Assembly: GCF_000283555.1 (NCBI RefSeq) | Contig: NC_016012.1 | Coordinates: forward strand, 1,440,001-1,472,000 | DNA length: 32,000 bases | Reading direction: 5' to 3' | From: Candidatus Arthromitus sp. SFB-rat-Yit | GTDB lineage: Bacteria; Bacillota; Clostridia; Clostridiales; Clostridiaceae | Program-made: the position numbers and the translations under genes | Notes under the pieces: generated by a model | Told to the model about the DNA's origin: nothing | What the model saw: the letters and a program-made list of their open reading frames with translations, nothing else | The model's database searches: none | Shown: positions 19,112-29,393 of the stretch, in pieces | Position numbering within the stretch: position 1 is the first letter of the stretch | Layout: each line of letters opens with the position of its first letter

Positions 19112-20089
19112 TTAAAATTTACCAAACAAAGGACTTAAACTTCTACAATCATGTATTCTTCTTATAGCTTCTGCAAATATTGGAGCAACTGATAACATTT
19201 TAAATTTAACATTTTGTTCACACAAAGAAGATTGTGAAATAGTATTTAAAAACACTAGTTCTTTTATATCTGAATTATTTATCCTCTCTATCGCATCACC
19301 TGAAAACACCCCATGCGTACAACATGCATAAACTTCTTTTGTTCCAAGTTCCATTAACTTATTTGCTGCGTTAACAATAGTTCCAGCCGTATCTATCATA
19401 TCATCAACTAATATAGCTATCTTATTTTTAACTTCTCCAATTACAGTTAAAACTTCCGAAATATTTTGAGCAGGTCTTCTTTTATCTATAATAGCCATCG
19501 GTATATCTCCACTTAACTTTTCAGCAAATCCACGAGCCCTCTTAACACTACCAACATCCGGAGAAACTATAACTAATTCTCCACCAAATTCTTTTTTATC
19601 ATAGTACTTCGTAAGTACTGGTAATCCTAATAAATGATCAACCGGTATATTGAAATATCCCTGTATTTGAGGTGCATGTAAATCCATCGTAAGAACTCTA
19701 TGTGCCCCAGCTACAGTTATAATATCTGCTACCAATTTAGCTGTTATTGGGTCTCTCGATTTAGCTTTTCTATCTTGACGAGCATACCCATAATAAGGTA
19801 TAACTGCCGTAATCCTTCCTGCAGATGCTCTCTTTAACGCATCTATTATTATTAAAAGTTCCATTAAACTGTCATTTACCGTCATATCTTCTGTTGCACA
19901 AACAGATTGAACAACAAACACATCTTCTCCTCTAATTGTCTCGCTTATATCTACATTAATTTCTCCATCACTAAAATTTATAACTTTAGATTTTACAAGA
20001 GATGTATTTAAACACGTTGCTATATTTTTTGATAATTCATGATTCGAATTTCCCGCAATTATTTTTATGTTATTTATCTGCTCTATCAT
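19112..20089 (-). CDS. prs: Ribose-phosphate pyrophosphokinase
   Basis: IPYYGYARQDRKAKSRDPITAKLVADI; VSPDVGSVKRARGFAEKL; ILVDDMIDTAGTIVNAA. Confidence 0.97.
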   Translation of the reverse strand: MIEQINNIKIIAGNSNHELSKNIATCLNTSLVKSKVINFSDGEINVDISETIRGEDVFVVQSVCATEDMTVNDSLMELLIIIDALKRASAGRITAVIPYYGYARQDRKAKSRDPITAKLVADIITVAGAHRVLTMDLHAPQIQGYFNIPVDHLLGLPVLTKYYDKKEFGGELVIVSPDVGSVKRARGFAEKLSGDIPMAIIDKRRPAQNISEVLTVIGEVKNKIAILVDDMIDTAGTIVNAANKLMELGTKEVYACCTHGVFSGDAIERINNSDIKELVFLNTISQSSLCEQNVKFKMLSVAPIFAEAIRRIHDCRSLSPLFGKF

Positions 20090-20106
20090 TTAAAAGTTTC
20101 CTCCAA

Positions 20107-21468
20107 TTACTTTAATTTATTCGTTACCCAATTATCCTTATTAATCTGTTTACACCTACCAATAGCTAAACTATTTGATTTAACTTTCTCAGTAACAGTA
20201 GTTCCAGCAGCTACGTAAGAATTTTTTTCAATAACTACAGGTGCAATCAAATTTGAATTACAACCAATAAAACAATCATCACCTATAATAGTTTTATTTT
20301 TATCCTTACCATTATAATTTACAGTTATAGTAGAGCATCCTAAATTACATCTTTCTCCAACTTCAGAATCTCCAACATATGATAAATGTGAAATCTTTGT
20401 ACTGTTTCCAATTACAGAATTTTTAATTTCTACAAAATCTCCAACTCTAACTTTATTACCTATAAAAGACCCAGGTCTAATATAAGCAAAAGGTCCTATA
20501 TTAGTATTATTTCCTATCTTGGAATCTAAAATTATAGAGGCATCTATTACACAATTTTCACCAATATAACTATTGAATATTTTTGTATTTGGATATATTT
20601 CACTACCTTCTTTTATCAAAGTCTTTCCAGTAAGATACACATTTGGATGTATAATTACATCGCCCTCTATTTTAACATCAATATCTATGTAAGTAGAATT
20701 ACTATCTATAATTGTAACTCCTTCTTCCATATGTTTATCATTTATCTGTAATCTTAAAATATTATTGGCAATTGAGAGTTGTTTTCTTGTATCAACACCC
20801 ACAAGCTCATTTTCATCTATGCTAATACTTCCTACTTTTTTACCTTCATTGCTTAATATTTCAATTATATCGGTTAAATAAAACTCCCTTTGATTATTAT
20901 CTTTATTAATTTTTCGTATACCACTTTTTAAGTCATCTATTTTAAAACAATATATGCTTGAATTAACTTCATTTATCATAAGTTCTAATTCTGAACAATC
21001 CCTAGCTTCTTTAATGCATTTAATCTTATTTCCTTTTCTAATTATTCTTCCATATCTTAACGGATTACTTACTTTAGATGTAATAATTGTAGATGAATTA
21101 CCTTCGCTTACATGCTTTTCTATAAGTTTTTTGATGTTTTCTTCTTTTATAAGTGGCATATCGCAGGCAATAACTAAAATATTACCTAATTTGTTTCCCC
21201 AAAATTCTTCAGCACACAATACAGCATCAGCAGTCCCTATTTGATTTTCTTGCATAGAATAAGATACATTTTTATTGGTTATGGAATTGATTAAACTCTC
21301 CCTATATTCCCCAACAACTACGTTAATATCTTCTATTCCACACAACTCTAATTTACCTATTATTATGTTTATCATCTCTTTACCGCAAATTTTATGAGTA
21401 CCTTTATGACGCCTAGACTTCATTCTGCTTCCTTTACCTGCCGCAAGAATTATAGCACAAATATTCAT
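20107..21468 (-). CDS. glmU: Bifunctional N-acetylglucosamine-1-phosphate uridyltransferase/glucosamine-1-phosphate acetyltransferase
   Basis: MNICAIILAAGKGSRMKSRRHKGTHKICGK; left-handed beta-helix with HLSYVGDSEVG and GCSTITVNYNGKDK. Start re-assigned from track start 21528 to the ATG at 21468, which has a GAGGTG RBS. Confidence 0.95.
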   Translation of the reverse strand: MNICAIILAAGKGSRMKSRRHKGTHKICGKEMINIIIGKLELCGIEDINVVVGEYRESLINSITNKNVSYSMQENQIGTADAVLCAEEFWGNKLGNILVIACDMPLIKEENIKKLIEKHVSEGNSSTIITSKVSNPLRYGRIIRKGNKIKCIKEARDCSELELMINEVNSSIYCFKIDDLKSGIRKINKDNNQREFYLTDIIEILSNEGKKVGSISIDENELVGVDTRKQLSIANNILRLQINDKHMEEGVTIIDSNSTYIDIDVKIEGDVIIHPNVYLTGKTLIKEGSEIYPNTKIFNSYIGENCVIDASIILDSKIGNNTNIGPFAYIRPGSFIGNKVRVGDFVEIKNSVIGNSTKISHLSYVGDSEVGERCNLGCSTITVNYNGKDKNKTIIGDDCFIGCNSNLIAPVVIEKNSYVAAGTTVTEKVKSNSLAIGRCKQINKDNWVTNKLK

Positions 21469-21565
21469 AATAAACACCTCAAAGTTAATACTATTTCTAT
21501 TATAAATTAACATTGTTAATATTTGCAATAATATAAAAAAAGATAGTTAAATTTAACTATCTTTC

Positions 21566-22954
21566 TTAAAATTCTGCATTCTGGGGTGTTCTTGGAAATG
21601 GTATAACATCTCTTATATTGCTCATTCCAGTTAAATACATAATAAGCCTCTCAAGTCCAAGACCAAATCCAGAATGCACAGTTTCTCCATATTTCCTTAA
21701 ATCCATATACCACCAATAATCTTCTTCATTAAGATTAAATTCCTGTATCCTATTTTTTAAAATATCATATCTTTCTTCTCTTTGACTACCTCCAATTATT
21801 TCACCAATTCCAGGTACTAAACAATCAAAAGAAGCTACAGTTTTATCATCATCATTTAATCTCATATAAAAAGCCTTTATATTTTTAGGGTAATTATATA
21901 GGAATATAGGTTTGTTGAAGTGCTCTTCTGTCAAATATCTCTCATGTTCTGATTGAAGATCAATTCCCCATTCAACTTTATATTCAAATTTCTTACCGCT
22001 TTTCAATAATATATCTATTGCATCATTATAAGTAACTCTATTAAATTCAGAATCAATAAGAGCAGTTAACTTACTTATCAATCCCCTCTCTACAAACTTA
22101 TCTAAAAACTCAATTTCATCTTTACATTTTTCAAGAACATATTTAATTGTATATTTCAACATATTTTCAGCTAAATCCATAGCTTCAAACATATTAACAA
22201 ATGCAGCTTCAGGTTCAATCATCCAAAACTCTGCAGCATGTCTTGATGTATTTGAGTTCTCAGCTCTAAAAGTTGGCCCAAAAGTATATACTTTACCTAA
22301 AGCAAGAGCCATAATCTCTCCCTCTAACTGTCCACTAACTGTTAGATTAGACATTTTTCCAAAAAAATCTTTAGAATACTCTACATCTCCAACTTCATTT
22401 TTAGGTATATTTTTAAAATCAAGCGTTGTTACTTTAAACATTTCTCCAGCACCTTCACAATCACTTGCTGTTATAATTGGAGAATTTATATATTCATATC
22501 CATTTTCTCTAAAAAATGAATGTATTGCATAAGATGCAACACTCCTTATTCTAAATACAGATAAAAATGTATACGTCCTCGGTCTTAAATGTCCTATACT
22601 TCTTAAATATTCAAAACTATGCCTTTTTTTCTGAAGAGGATAATCTTGATTTGAATTTCCTTCTAAAAATACATATGTAGCTTTTATTTCAAAAGGTTGT
22701 TTGTTTTCTGGTGTTAATATAACTACCCCTTCAATTTTAAGAGTTGATGAAATTATATACGAGCATATTTTTTCATAATTTTCCAAATTATTTTCTACGA
22801 CAATCTGCACATTCTTAAAAGAACTCCCATCATTCAATTCCAAAAAACCAATATTATTATTACTTCTTATACTTCTAAGCCATCCATAAATTGTAACATT
22901 TTTACCATTATATTTCTCATAATTTTTATATAATTCACTTACATTAATTTTCAA
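21566..22954 (-). CDS. asnS: Asparaginyl-tRNA synthetase
   Basis: Class II aaRS: [99 protein letters not shown]. Confidence 0.96.
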   Translation of the reverse strand: MKINVSELYKNYEKYNGKNVTIYGWLRSIRSNNNIGFLELNDGSSFKNVQIVVENNLENYEKICSYIISSTLKIEGVVILTPENKQPFEIKATYVFLEGNSNQDYPLQKKRHSFEYLRSIGHLRPRTYTFLSVFRIRSVASYAIHSFFRENGYEYINSPIITASDCEGAGEMFKVTTLDFKNIPKNEVGDVEYSKDFFGKMSNLTVSGQLEGEIMALALGKVYTFGPTFRAENSNTSRHAAEFWMIEPEAAFVNMFEAMDLAENMLKYTIKYVLEKCKDEIEFLDKFVERGLISKLTALIDSEFNRVTYNDAIDILLKSGKKFEYKVEWGIDLQSEHERYLTEEHFNKPIFLYNYPKNIKAFYMRLNDDDKTVASFDCLVPGIGEIIGGSQREERYDILKNRIQEFNLNEEDYWWYMDLRKYGETVHSGFGLGLERLIMYLTGMSNIRDVIPFPRTPQNAEF

Positions 22955-22977
22955 ATTTAATCCTCTCCTTTTAACTT

Positions 22978-23640
22978 CTAGGCATATATTTCATATGAAT
23001 TTATAAGTATTTCTGGAAAATTCATCATCTTCATATCTTTATTAATCTTAGAAAAAAAATGTTCACACTTCAAAATATTATAATTGTAAAAATTATTCGA
23101 AACTTCCAAAACCCCACAAGAAACTCCACCTATACTGGGTACTGGTTTTCCACAACTTCCAGGCATTATAATACATTTCTCTTTACTAAGTTTAATATTA
23201 TCCGGTATATGTTCATACCCACAAACCAAAATATCTTCTTGAATATCTTGGTTATTTATATAAGGATTTTTATGTACAAATTTTATATTTAACTCTCCAA
23301 AATTCATGCTTAATTCTAAAGGAAGGTTTGATAAATAGTATAAATTATTTTTTGTTAGTTCAGTTCTAGTAAAATCCACAGAAAAATTATTTATAGTATT
23401 TTCATTTATATGTGAAAAATCATTGTTAATAACAGCTGAGTCGTAGATACCTTTAATAGGTACTATATGCTTTCTTCTAATAAAATTTACTACCTCATTA
23501 GGGTGAGGTCCATATCCAACAATATCTCCCAAACACAAAATAATTTCCACGCATTCCTTTTCTAATAAATTGTAAATTTCCATTAAAGAATACAAATTTG
23601 AATGAATATTACTAATAATGCCTATTTTCAATAAATTCAC
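22978..23640 (-). CDS. YfcE-like calcineurin-type metallophosphoesterase fold protein with altered metal-ligand motifs
   Basis: [14 protein letters not shown] (canonical SDIHGN), [16 protein letters not shown] (intact), [11 protein letters not shown] (canonical GNHD), [15 protein letters not shown] (canonical GHTH), PGSCGKP. Confidence 0.83.
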   Translation of the reverse strand: MNLLKIGIISNIHSNLYSLMEIYNLLEKECVEIILCLGDIVGYGPHPNEVVNFIRRKHIVPIKGIYDSAVINNDFSHINENTINNFSVDFTRTELTKNNLYYLSNLPLELSMNFGELNIKFVHKNPYINNQDIQEDILVCGYEHIPDNIKLSKEKCIIMPGSCGKPVPSIGGVSCGVLEVSNNFYNYNILKCEHFFSKINKDMKMMNFPEILINSYEIYA

Positions 23641-23684
23641 AACCCCTTAAATCAAAATAAAGAGGTTAAAAAACCTCCTAAAAT

Positions 23685-25076
23685 CTACACATTCACAAAT
23701 TTATCACTTAATTCACAAATATTCCCCGCACCAACTACTAAAAATATATCTCCTCTTTCTCCCTTACATTTCATATAATCAACTGCATCATCGAAACTTT
23801 TAGCATAATGGCACTTCTGTCCAGTAGAAATTATTTTATCTTTTAAATCCTTAAATGTAATGTTCCATATATTTTTCTCTCTTGCTGCATATATATCAAA
23901 CAATATTACTTCTTCCACCCCATCAAAACTTTTCGAGAATTCATCGAGTAAAGTTAAAGTTCTACTATAGGTGTGAGGCTGAAAAAAACAATATATCTTA
24001 CCATTAGTTAATGATTTAGTCATATCTATAAGTGCCTTTATCTCAGTTGGGTGGTGTGCATAATCTTCAATAATTTTTATTCCATCTCTTTCGCCCTTCA
24101 TCTCAAATCTCCTCTTAGGAAGAGAAAAATCTAAAAGAGCTTTTTTCACATTAATCAAATCAAAGTCTAATATTAGTGAAAATGTAATGGCAGAAAGCGC
24201 ATTAAGAAGGTTATGATTTCCTATAACATTTATCCTAAAGCCATCATAAATTTTCTCTTTATATAAGACATCAAAACATATACTATCTCTAGTTTTTGAT
24301 ATATTAATCGCATTTACATCTCCACACCCTATACCATAGGATACTTTTTTACACTTTGCTTCATCTAATATATCTCCTATCAATTTATCAGAAGCGCAAT
24401 ATATAAGCCATCCATCATAAGGAATATTCTTCGCATATTCACAAAAAGCATCTTTTATATCATCTAAATCCTCATAACAATCTAAATGATCCTTATCTAT
24501 ATTAAGTATAACACCTATATCTGTTGAAAAATTTAAAAATGATTTCTTATATTCACAAGCTTCCATAAGTAAATAATCGCTTTTACCAATCTTAAAATTT
24601 CCACCTATTAAATCTAATTCTCCACCTATTAATATAGTAGGATCCAAATTATTGTACATCATAACATAACTAAATATAGATGTAGTTGTTGTTTTACCAT
24701 GAGTTCCGGATATAGTTATGCATTTATTATATTTCTTTGTTAATTCCCCTAAAAATTCCGATCTATTAATTACAGGTATTTTTCTTTTAATCGCTTCTTT
24801 AATTTCATTATTTTCATAACCAACAGCCGCAGTATGAACAACAATACCTATGTTGTTATCAATATTTTTAGAATTATGTTCTATTTTTATCTTACATCCC
24901 TTGTTTTCCAGATTAATTATTAATGGATTTTTGCAAATATCACTTCCTGAAACTTTAAATCCTCTATCTAATAAAATTGATGCTATTCCACTCATACTAA
25001 CTCCACCAATTCCAATCAAATGTATATATTGGTTATTTTTAATGATTCTATCTAAAAACATATCTCGCAAAAACAC
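23685..25076 (-). CDS. murC: UDP-N-acetylmuramate--L-alanine ligase
   Basis: IHLIGIGGVSMSGIASILLDRGFKVSGSD, ISGTHGKTTTTS, EACEYKKSFLNF, DYAHHPTEIKA, FQPHTYSRTLTL. Confidence 0.96.
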   Translation of the reverse strand: MFLRDMFLDRIIKNNQYIHLIGIGGVSMSGIASILLDRGFKVSGSDICKNPLIINLENKGCKIKIEHNSKNIDNNIGIVVHTAAVGYENNEIKEAIKRKIPVINRSEFLGELTKKYNKCITISGTHGKTTTTSIFSYVMMYNNLDPTILIGGELDLIGGNFKIGKSDYLLMEACEYKKSFLNFSTDIGVILNIDKDHLDCYEDLDDIKDAFCEYAKNIPYDGWLIYCASDKLIGDILDEAKCKKVSYGIGCGDVNAINISKTRDSICFDVLYKEKIYDGFRINVIGNHNLLNALSAITFSLILDFDLINVKKALLDFSLPKRRFEMKGERDGIKIIEDYAHHPTEIKALIDMTKSLTNGKIYCFFQPHTYSRTLTLLDEFSKSFDGVEEVILFDIYAAREKNIWNITFKDLKDKIISTGQKCHYAKSFDDAVDYMKCKGERGDIFLVVGAGNICELSDKFVNV

Positions 25077-25246
25077 CCCTTAATTATATAGAACTTTTTA
25101 TAATTATATACATTTTTTACTAAAAAAAATACATATTTATTAAATAATGATATATTTTTTAAAAATATATTGTTATATCAATATATTTTTTATTTTTTTA
25201 CATAAACTAATTGCATAAATCGAAAAACTTTTTAGAGGTGAATTGA

Positions 25247-25519
25247 ATGCAAGTTACAGATGTTAAAATCAGAAAAATCACTAATGAAGGGAAAATGAAA
25301 GCTATAGTTTCAATAACTTTAGATAATGAATTTGTTGTTCATGATATAAAAGTTATTGAAGGAGAAAACGGTTTATTTATAGCTATGCCTAGTAGAAAAA
25401 CTCCTAGCGGAGAATTTAAAGATATAGCTCATCCTATCTCAACAGATGTAAGACAAAAATTTCAAACTGAGATATTAAAAAATTACAATATTGCACTAAG
25501 TGAACAATCTCAAATATAG
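25247..25519 (+). CDS. spoVG: Septation protein SpoVG
   Basis: [64 protein letters not shown]; AGAGGTGA RBS. Confidence 0.97.
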   Translation: MQVTDVKIRKITNEGKMKAIVSITLDNEFVVHDIKVIEGENGLFIAMPSRKTPSGEFKDIAHPISTDVRQKFQTEILKNYNIALSEQSQI

Positions 25520-25566
25520 TTTGGTGTAAATTAGATTAATTTTAAACTATTCAAATAATAAATTAT

Positions 25567-25598
25567 AAAAAGACCACACATTTATGTGTGGTCTTTTT
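25567..25598. terminator. Bidirectional rho-independent terminator between convergent spoVG and pepA
   Basis: Perfect 14-bp stem AAAAAGACCACACA-ttta-TGTGTGGTCTTTTT with T-tracts on both strands. Confidence 0.92.
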
Positions 25599-25613
25599 AC
25601 ATGTTTTATAATT

Positions 25614-27059
25614 TTAAGCATTTTCGTTATTTTTACAAAAATTATATAACAACTCAACAATTGCTCCTGTTGCACCTTTTTTAGGTAATATTTTTGTAGA
25701 AAAATCATTCCACGCAACATAAGCTATATCTATATGTGCCCATGGTTTATTTAATACAAATTCTCCAACAAATAATCCAGCTGTTATAGTTCCCCCATAT
25801 CTTCCACCAATATTTTTATAATCAGCAACATCTGACTTAAGCAGTGATAAATATTCTTTATCTGCAGGTAATCTCCATATGCTATCTACAGTGTTTTTAC
25901 TTGCATTATTTAATTCATCAAATATATTCTCATCGTTATCTATAACAGCTGCGTATTTAGTTCCAAGTGCTATTCCGCATGCTCCTGTTAATGTTGCAAT
26001 ATCTATTATTAAATCAGAATTTAAATTTTTAGCTGCATAATAAACTCCATCCGCAAGAGCTAATCTTCCTTCTGCATCTGTAGATATAACCTCAATAGTT
26101 TTCCCTGAAAGCGACCCTATTACATCCCCTGGTTTAAATCCATTTCCATTTATCATATTTTCACATGTAGGTATTACACCAAAAATATTTACTCTCAAAT
26201 TTTGTTTTGCTACTAAAGTCATTAAAGATAAAACGCTTGCTGCACCTGCCATATCACATTTCATAGTTACCATTCCGTCAGAACTTTTTATAGAATATCC
26301 ACCAGAATCATATGTCAAGCCTTTACCAACAAATGATATAACCTTGTCCTTTTCATTTCCTCCAAAGTATTTCATAACAATAAATCTTGGTTTATTAACA
26401 GATGCCTTACCAACCTCATACAATGCTTTTAAACTATTTTGTTTTATCCAATTTTCATCATATACATCGATATCTATATTTAAATCTTTAACTTGTTCAA
26501 TACACCTATTTCCAAATTCTTCTGGTGTTAAAAAATTCGATGGCTCATTTACTAAATCTCTGGTTAAATTTATCGCATCCTTTATATTTAATAATTCATC
26601 TAAATCTTCATTTTTATTTGCATAAATGTAGATATTAAATTTTGAATTCTCTGATTTTTTTGTTATATATTTATCAAATTTATAACAACATGCATTACAA
26701 GCTAAAATAATAGCCTTTAGCATATTCCTATCGTCAAAATTAGTACATTCAATAGGATAAAATAAAACATCCCCTACTAAGTTTGTTTTCATTTCTTCAA
26801 AAACCGAAACTACTGATTTATAAAAATATTCATATGTTAATTCACTTTTTTTACCTAATCCCATAAATACAATCTGAAAAATTTCATCTGCATCGTTCTT
26901 ATTGAATAAGTAGTGAGTTCCTTTTTTACCTTCAAACAATTTTTGTTTTTTTAATTTATTTAATACATCCCCATATTTAAATATTTCACAATCTTCAAAA
27001 CAAGGTATAATTTCTACCTGATATTTTTTATCCAACTTACTAATTAGTTTAAATTCCAT
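25614..27059 (-). CDS. pepA: Leucyl aminopeptidase (M17 family)
   Basis: VGKGLTYDSGGYSIKSSDGMVTMKCDMAGAASVL; ISTDAEGRLALADGVYYA; DLIIDIATLTGAC. Confidence 0.94.
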   Translation of the reverse strand: MEFKLISKLDKKYQVEIIPCFEDCEIFKYGDVLNKLKKQKLFEGKKGTHYLFNKNDADEIFQIVFMGLGKKSELTYEYFYKSVVSVFEEMKTNLVGDVLFYPIECTNFDDRNMLKAIILACNACCYKFDKYITKKSENSKFNIYIYANKNEDLDELLNIKDAINLTRDLVNEPSNFLTPEEFGNRCIEQVKDLNIDIDVYDENWIKQNSLKALYEVGKASVNKPRFIVMKYFGGNEKDKVISFVGKGLTYDSGGYSIKSSDGMVTMKCDMAGAASVLSLMTLVAKQNLRVNIFGVIPTCENMINGNGFKPGDVIGSLSGKTIEVISTDAEGRLALADGVYYAAKNLNSDLIIDIATLTGACGIALGTKYAAVIDNDENIFDELNNASKNTVDSIWRLPADKEYLSLLKSDVADYKNIGGRYGGTITAGLFVGEFVLNKPWAHIDIAYVAWNDFSTKILPKKGATGAIVELLYNFCKNNENA

Positions 27060-27130
27060 TTAAAAATCTCCTTAAAAAATAAGATGCATATTTAGTAGTT
27101 TCCTAACCAAAATAACACAAGGTGATTATA

Positions 27131-28024
27131 ATGGTTAACAAAAAAAATACATTAATATACTCTATAATTTTATTATTTTTTATACATATTATTATTAATT
27201 GTATTTACTTTCTTTACAACAATAAAAATAATTTAAGTTATAACATACCTAGTTTTGATGAAAAACAATTTAAAATAAACAATAAAACAATAACTTATTA
27301 TGAAAAAAATATAAAAAATCATTCTGATAATAATATTTCAAAAAATATTGTATTAATTCATGGAGCATTCGAATCATCTCTAAATTCATACAATTTAATT
27401 TCCGAACCACTAAGCACACTAATAAGTAAGCCATATAATTTTAATATATTTCTTATTGATTTGCCTGGTCATGGTAAATCTTTTAAAGCAAATAACTTTG
27501 ATTATTCCTTCAGAAATATTTCTTCATACATCAACTCTTTAATGGAAAATTTAAATATAACAGACGCACTTTTAATATGTAACAATTTTTCATCAAGCAT
27601 AGGGTTAAATATGATTTCTTTAAATGATAAAATTTTTTCAGAAATTCTCCTTATAGACCCTGTATTTGATTATAATTCCATGTGGGAAAATTTTAAATTA
27701 TTTTCCAAAAATAAATTATCCTTATTACCCTCATTTATTATATTGAATTTAAATAACTCATCTTTAAATTTAAATAAATATATTACATCATACTTCAATA
27801 ATAAGAATTCTTCAAATAAATACGCTTCAAAGATGATAAAAGATAGCACTCCGATTTCAACTTTAGATATTAAATCAAACATACCTATATTCGCTCTAAT
27901 TAATAACAAAAAATATTTTAATTCGAGTTATATTAAAAATCTATCAAATAGATTTTCATCCATCCTATTTTCTCCATATAAATACTCAATAGAAGATATA
28001 ATAAATAGTAGGTTTAAAAATTAA
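27131..28024 (+). CDS. Membrane-anchored alpha/beta-hydrolase fold protein lacking a recognisable catalytic triad
   Basis: N-terminal TM; IVLIHGAFESS; IDLPGHGKSF; the nucleophile elbow position reads CNNFSSS instead of GxSxG. Start set to the ATG at 27131 with AAGGTGA RBS. Confidence 0.72.
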   Translation: MVNKKNTLIYSIILLFFIHIIINCIYFLYNNKNNLSYNIPSFDEKQFKINNKTITYYEKNIKNHSDNNISKNIVLIHGAFESSLNSYNLISEPLSTLISKPYNFNIFLIDLPGHGKSFKANNFDYSFRNISSYINSLMENLNITDALLICNNFSSSIGLNMISLNDKIFSEILLIDPVFDYNSMWENFKLFSKNKLSLLPSFIILNLNNSSLNLNKYITSYFNNKNSSNKYASKMIKDSTPISTLDIKSNIPIFALINNKKYFNSSYIKNLSNRFSSILFSPYKYSIEDIINSRFKN

Positions 28025-28032
28025 ACCTACTA
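28006..28032 (+). terminator. Putative terminator between convergent genes, overlapping the stop codon of the hydrolase-like gene
   Basis: 12-bp stem TAGTAGGTTTAA-aaa-TTAAACCTACTA followed by TTTTACTT on the + strand. Confidence 0.6.
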
Positions 28033-28034
28033 TT

Positions 28035-29291
28035 TTACTTAACCTTAAATTTTTTATAATCGTATTCCATTATAACATATCTTTTTGAATTTTTATAATC
28101 ATATATATATTTATTAAATCCCGTTTCCCCATCATAAGGTAATCCGGATGTATCATTATCAAAATCATCCTCTATCCCATAAACAAGATTAGAAACATTC
28201 TTCCCATCACAATTAATTCCTATGATAAAATATCCCCGATCTTTAAAATATGGATACATAAAAAGCATTGGATAATATGTTATTGCATATTTTGTATTAT
28301 CTATTTTTCTCATGTTTTGCATTTGTGAAAAATCATTTATAAAAACTTTAAAAAATCTATAATTTTCCTGATTTAAATAATTCATTTCCTCATATTCGCT
28401 TAATATATTGAGAAAAAACTTATAATTGTAATCATACTCAATATCTCGATTTTGAAAAGAATTTGGAATTAAACTCCTTAACATCTTTTCTATTTTCCCA
28501 TTATCTTTTAACATAAACTTTCTTAATGAATCTATATGATACTTTGCATCACTTAAATTGTTTTCAATTTCATCTTTACATTTCTTTATCTCATCTTCAT
28601 ATTCATGATAAATATTCTTATTTTTAAAATCTTTACTAATATCAAATGAATGTAGGTTTTTATATCTATCCATTATAATCTTTCCTCTATCAATCTCATT
28701 CCTTTCAAAATTGTTATCATCACAAACATGTAAACACTCGTCAATTTTATTATCTTCTTCAATAATTTCATTTTCACAATTTTTATCATCTTCACATACA
28801 ATTTCATTATATTTTTTATCTATTTTTTTATTCGATACATCATTTTTAACTTCAAATGTAAAATTTTCTTTCCTGAAAATCTTATTTTTAATTAATCTAA
28901 ATTGATTAATTTTCCAATTAAAAACTTTCTTCTTACCTAAAAATCCACTTAAAGGATATTTAACCTCCCCTTTTATATCTTTAAAACAAACAGTACTTCC
29001 ATGTAAACTTTCAAGTAATGTTTCATCAAATTCATACGATACATCAATTTTACCATTCTCATCTGGTTTAACATCTGCAATAGATATTATATCTACTTTA
29101 GATTCATTTTTAATTATCAAACTTAAGCTATAAGTATTTTCATTATTTAAATTTTGTATATAATAAAATATCTTAAGTTTAGATTCTTTGTACTCTATTT
29201 TTGTATAACCTGAGGGTTTATTATTTTTGAATGAATATCCCTTATCGTCTTCCTGAAGTATTATAAATTTTTTATTATCATAAACACTCAT
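28035..29291 (-). CDS. Uncharacterised Clostridia protein: N-terminal beta-rich domain, acidic linker, C-terminal GYFIIGI...LVYGIEDDF...PYDGETGF module
   Basis: Long intact ORF immediately downstream of rsmA. The C-terminal YPYFKDRGYFIIGINCDGKNVSNLVYGIEDDFDNDTSGLPYDGETGF resembles a motif I recall from uncharacterised Clostridia proteins; function unknown. Confidence 0.8.
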   Translation of the reverse strand: MSVYDNKKFIILQEDDKGYSFKNNKPSGYTKIEYKESKLKIFYYIQNLNNENTYSLSLIIKNESKVDIISIADVKPDENGKIDVSYEFDETLLESLHGSTVCFKDIKGEVKYPLSGFLGKKKVFNWKINQFRLIKNKIFRKENFTFEVKNDVSNKKIDKKYNEIVCEDDKNCENEIIEEDNKIDECLHVCDDNNFERNEIDRGKIIMDRYKNLHSFDISKDFKNKNIYHEYEDEIKKCKDEIENNLSDAKYHIDSLRKFMLKDNGKIEKMLRSLIPNSFQNRDIEYDYNYKFFLNILSEYEEMNYLNQENYRFFKVFINDFSQMQNMRKIDNTKYAITYYPMLFMYPYFKDRGYFIIGINCDGKNVSNLVYGIEDDFDNDTSGLPYDGETGFNKYIYDYKNSKRYVIMEYDYKKFKVK

Positions 29292-29359
29292 CTAATTCTC
29301 CAATAAATAATTGTTTTAATATTATGTTATGCACAATTATATTAAAATTTACTAAATAA

Positions 29360-29393
29360 AAATGGAGTAAATTATATTTAATTTACTCCATTT
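29360..29393 (-). terminator. Rho-independent terminator overlapping the 3' end of rsmA
   Basis: 15-bp stem AAATGGAGTAAATTA-tatt-TAATTTACTCCATTT, - strand T-run TTTTTATTTAG; the rsmA stop lies inside the stem. Confidence 0.82.

Noticed and set aside
21469-21528. 20-aa N-terminal extension of GlmU in the ORF track (MQILTMLIYNRNSINFEVFI)
   Set aside because: The canonical start MNICAIILAAGKG lies at 21468 with a well-spaced GAGGTG RBS; the extension is upstream non-coding sequence.
22955-23000. Possible T-box leader for asnS
   Set aside because: Only 23 bp separate asnS from the upstream phosphoesterase gene, too short for a T-box. The gene appears to be translated as part of a longer transcript.
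27670-27909. - strand 79-aa ORF
   Set aside because: Antisense to the alpha/beta-hydrolase-like gene, with no motif or convincing RBS; a shadow ORF.
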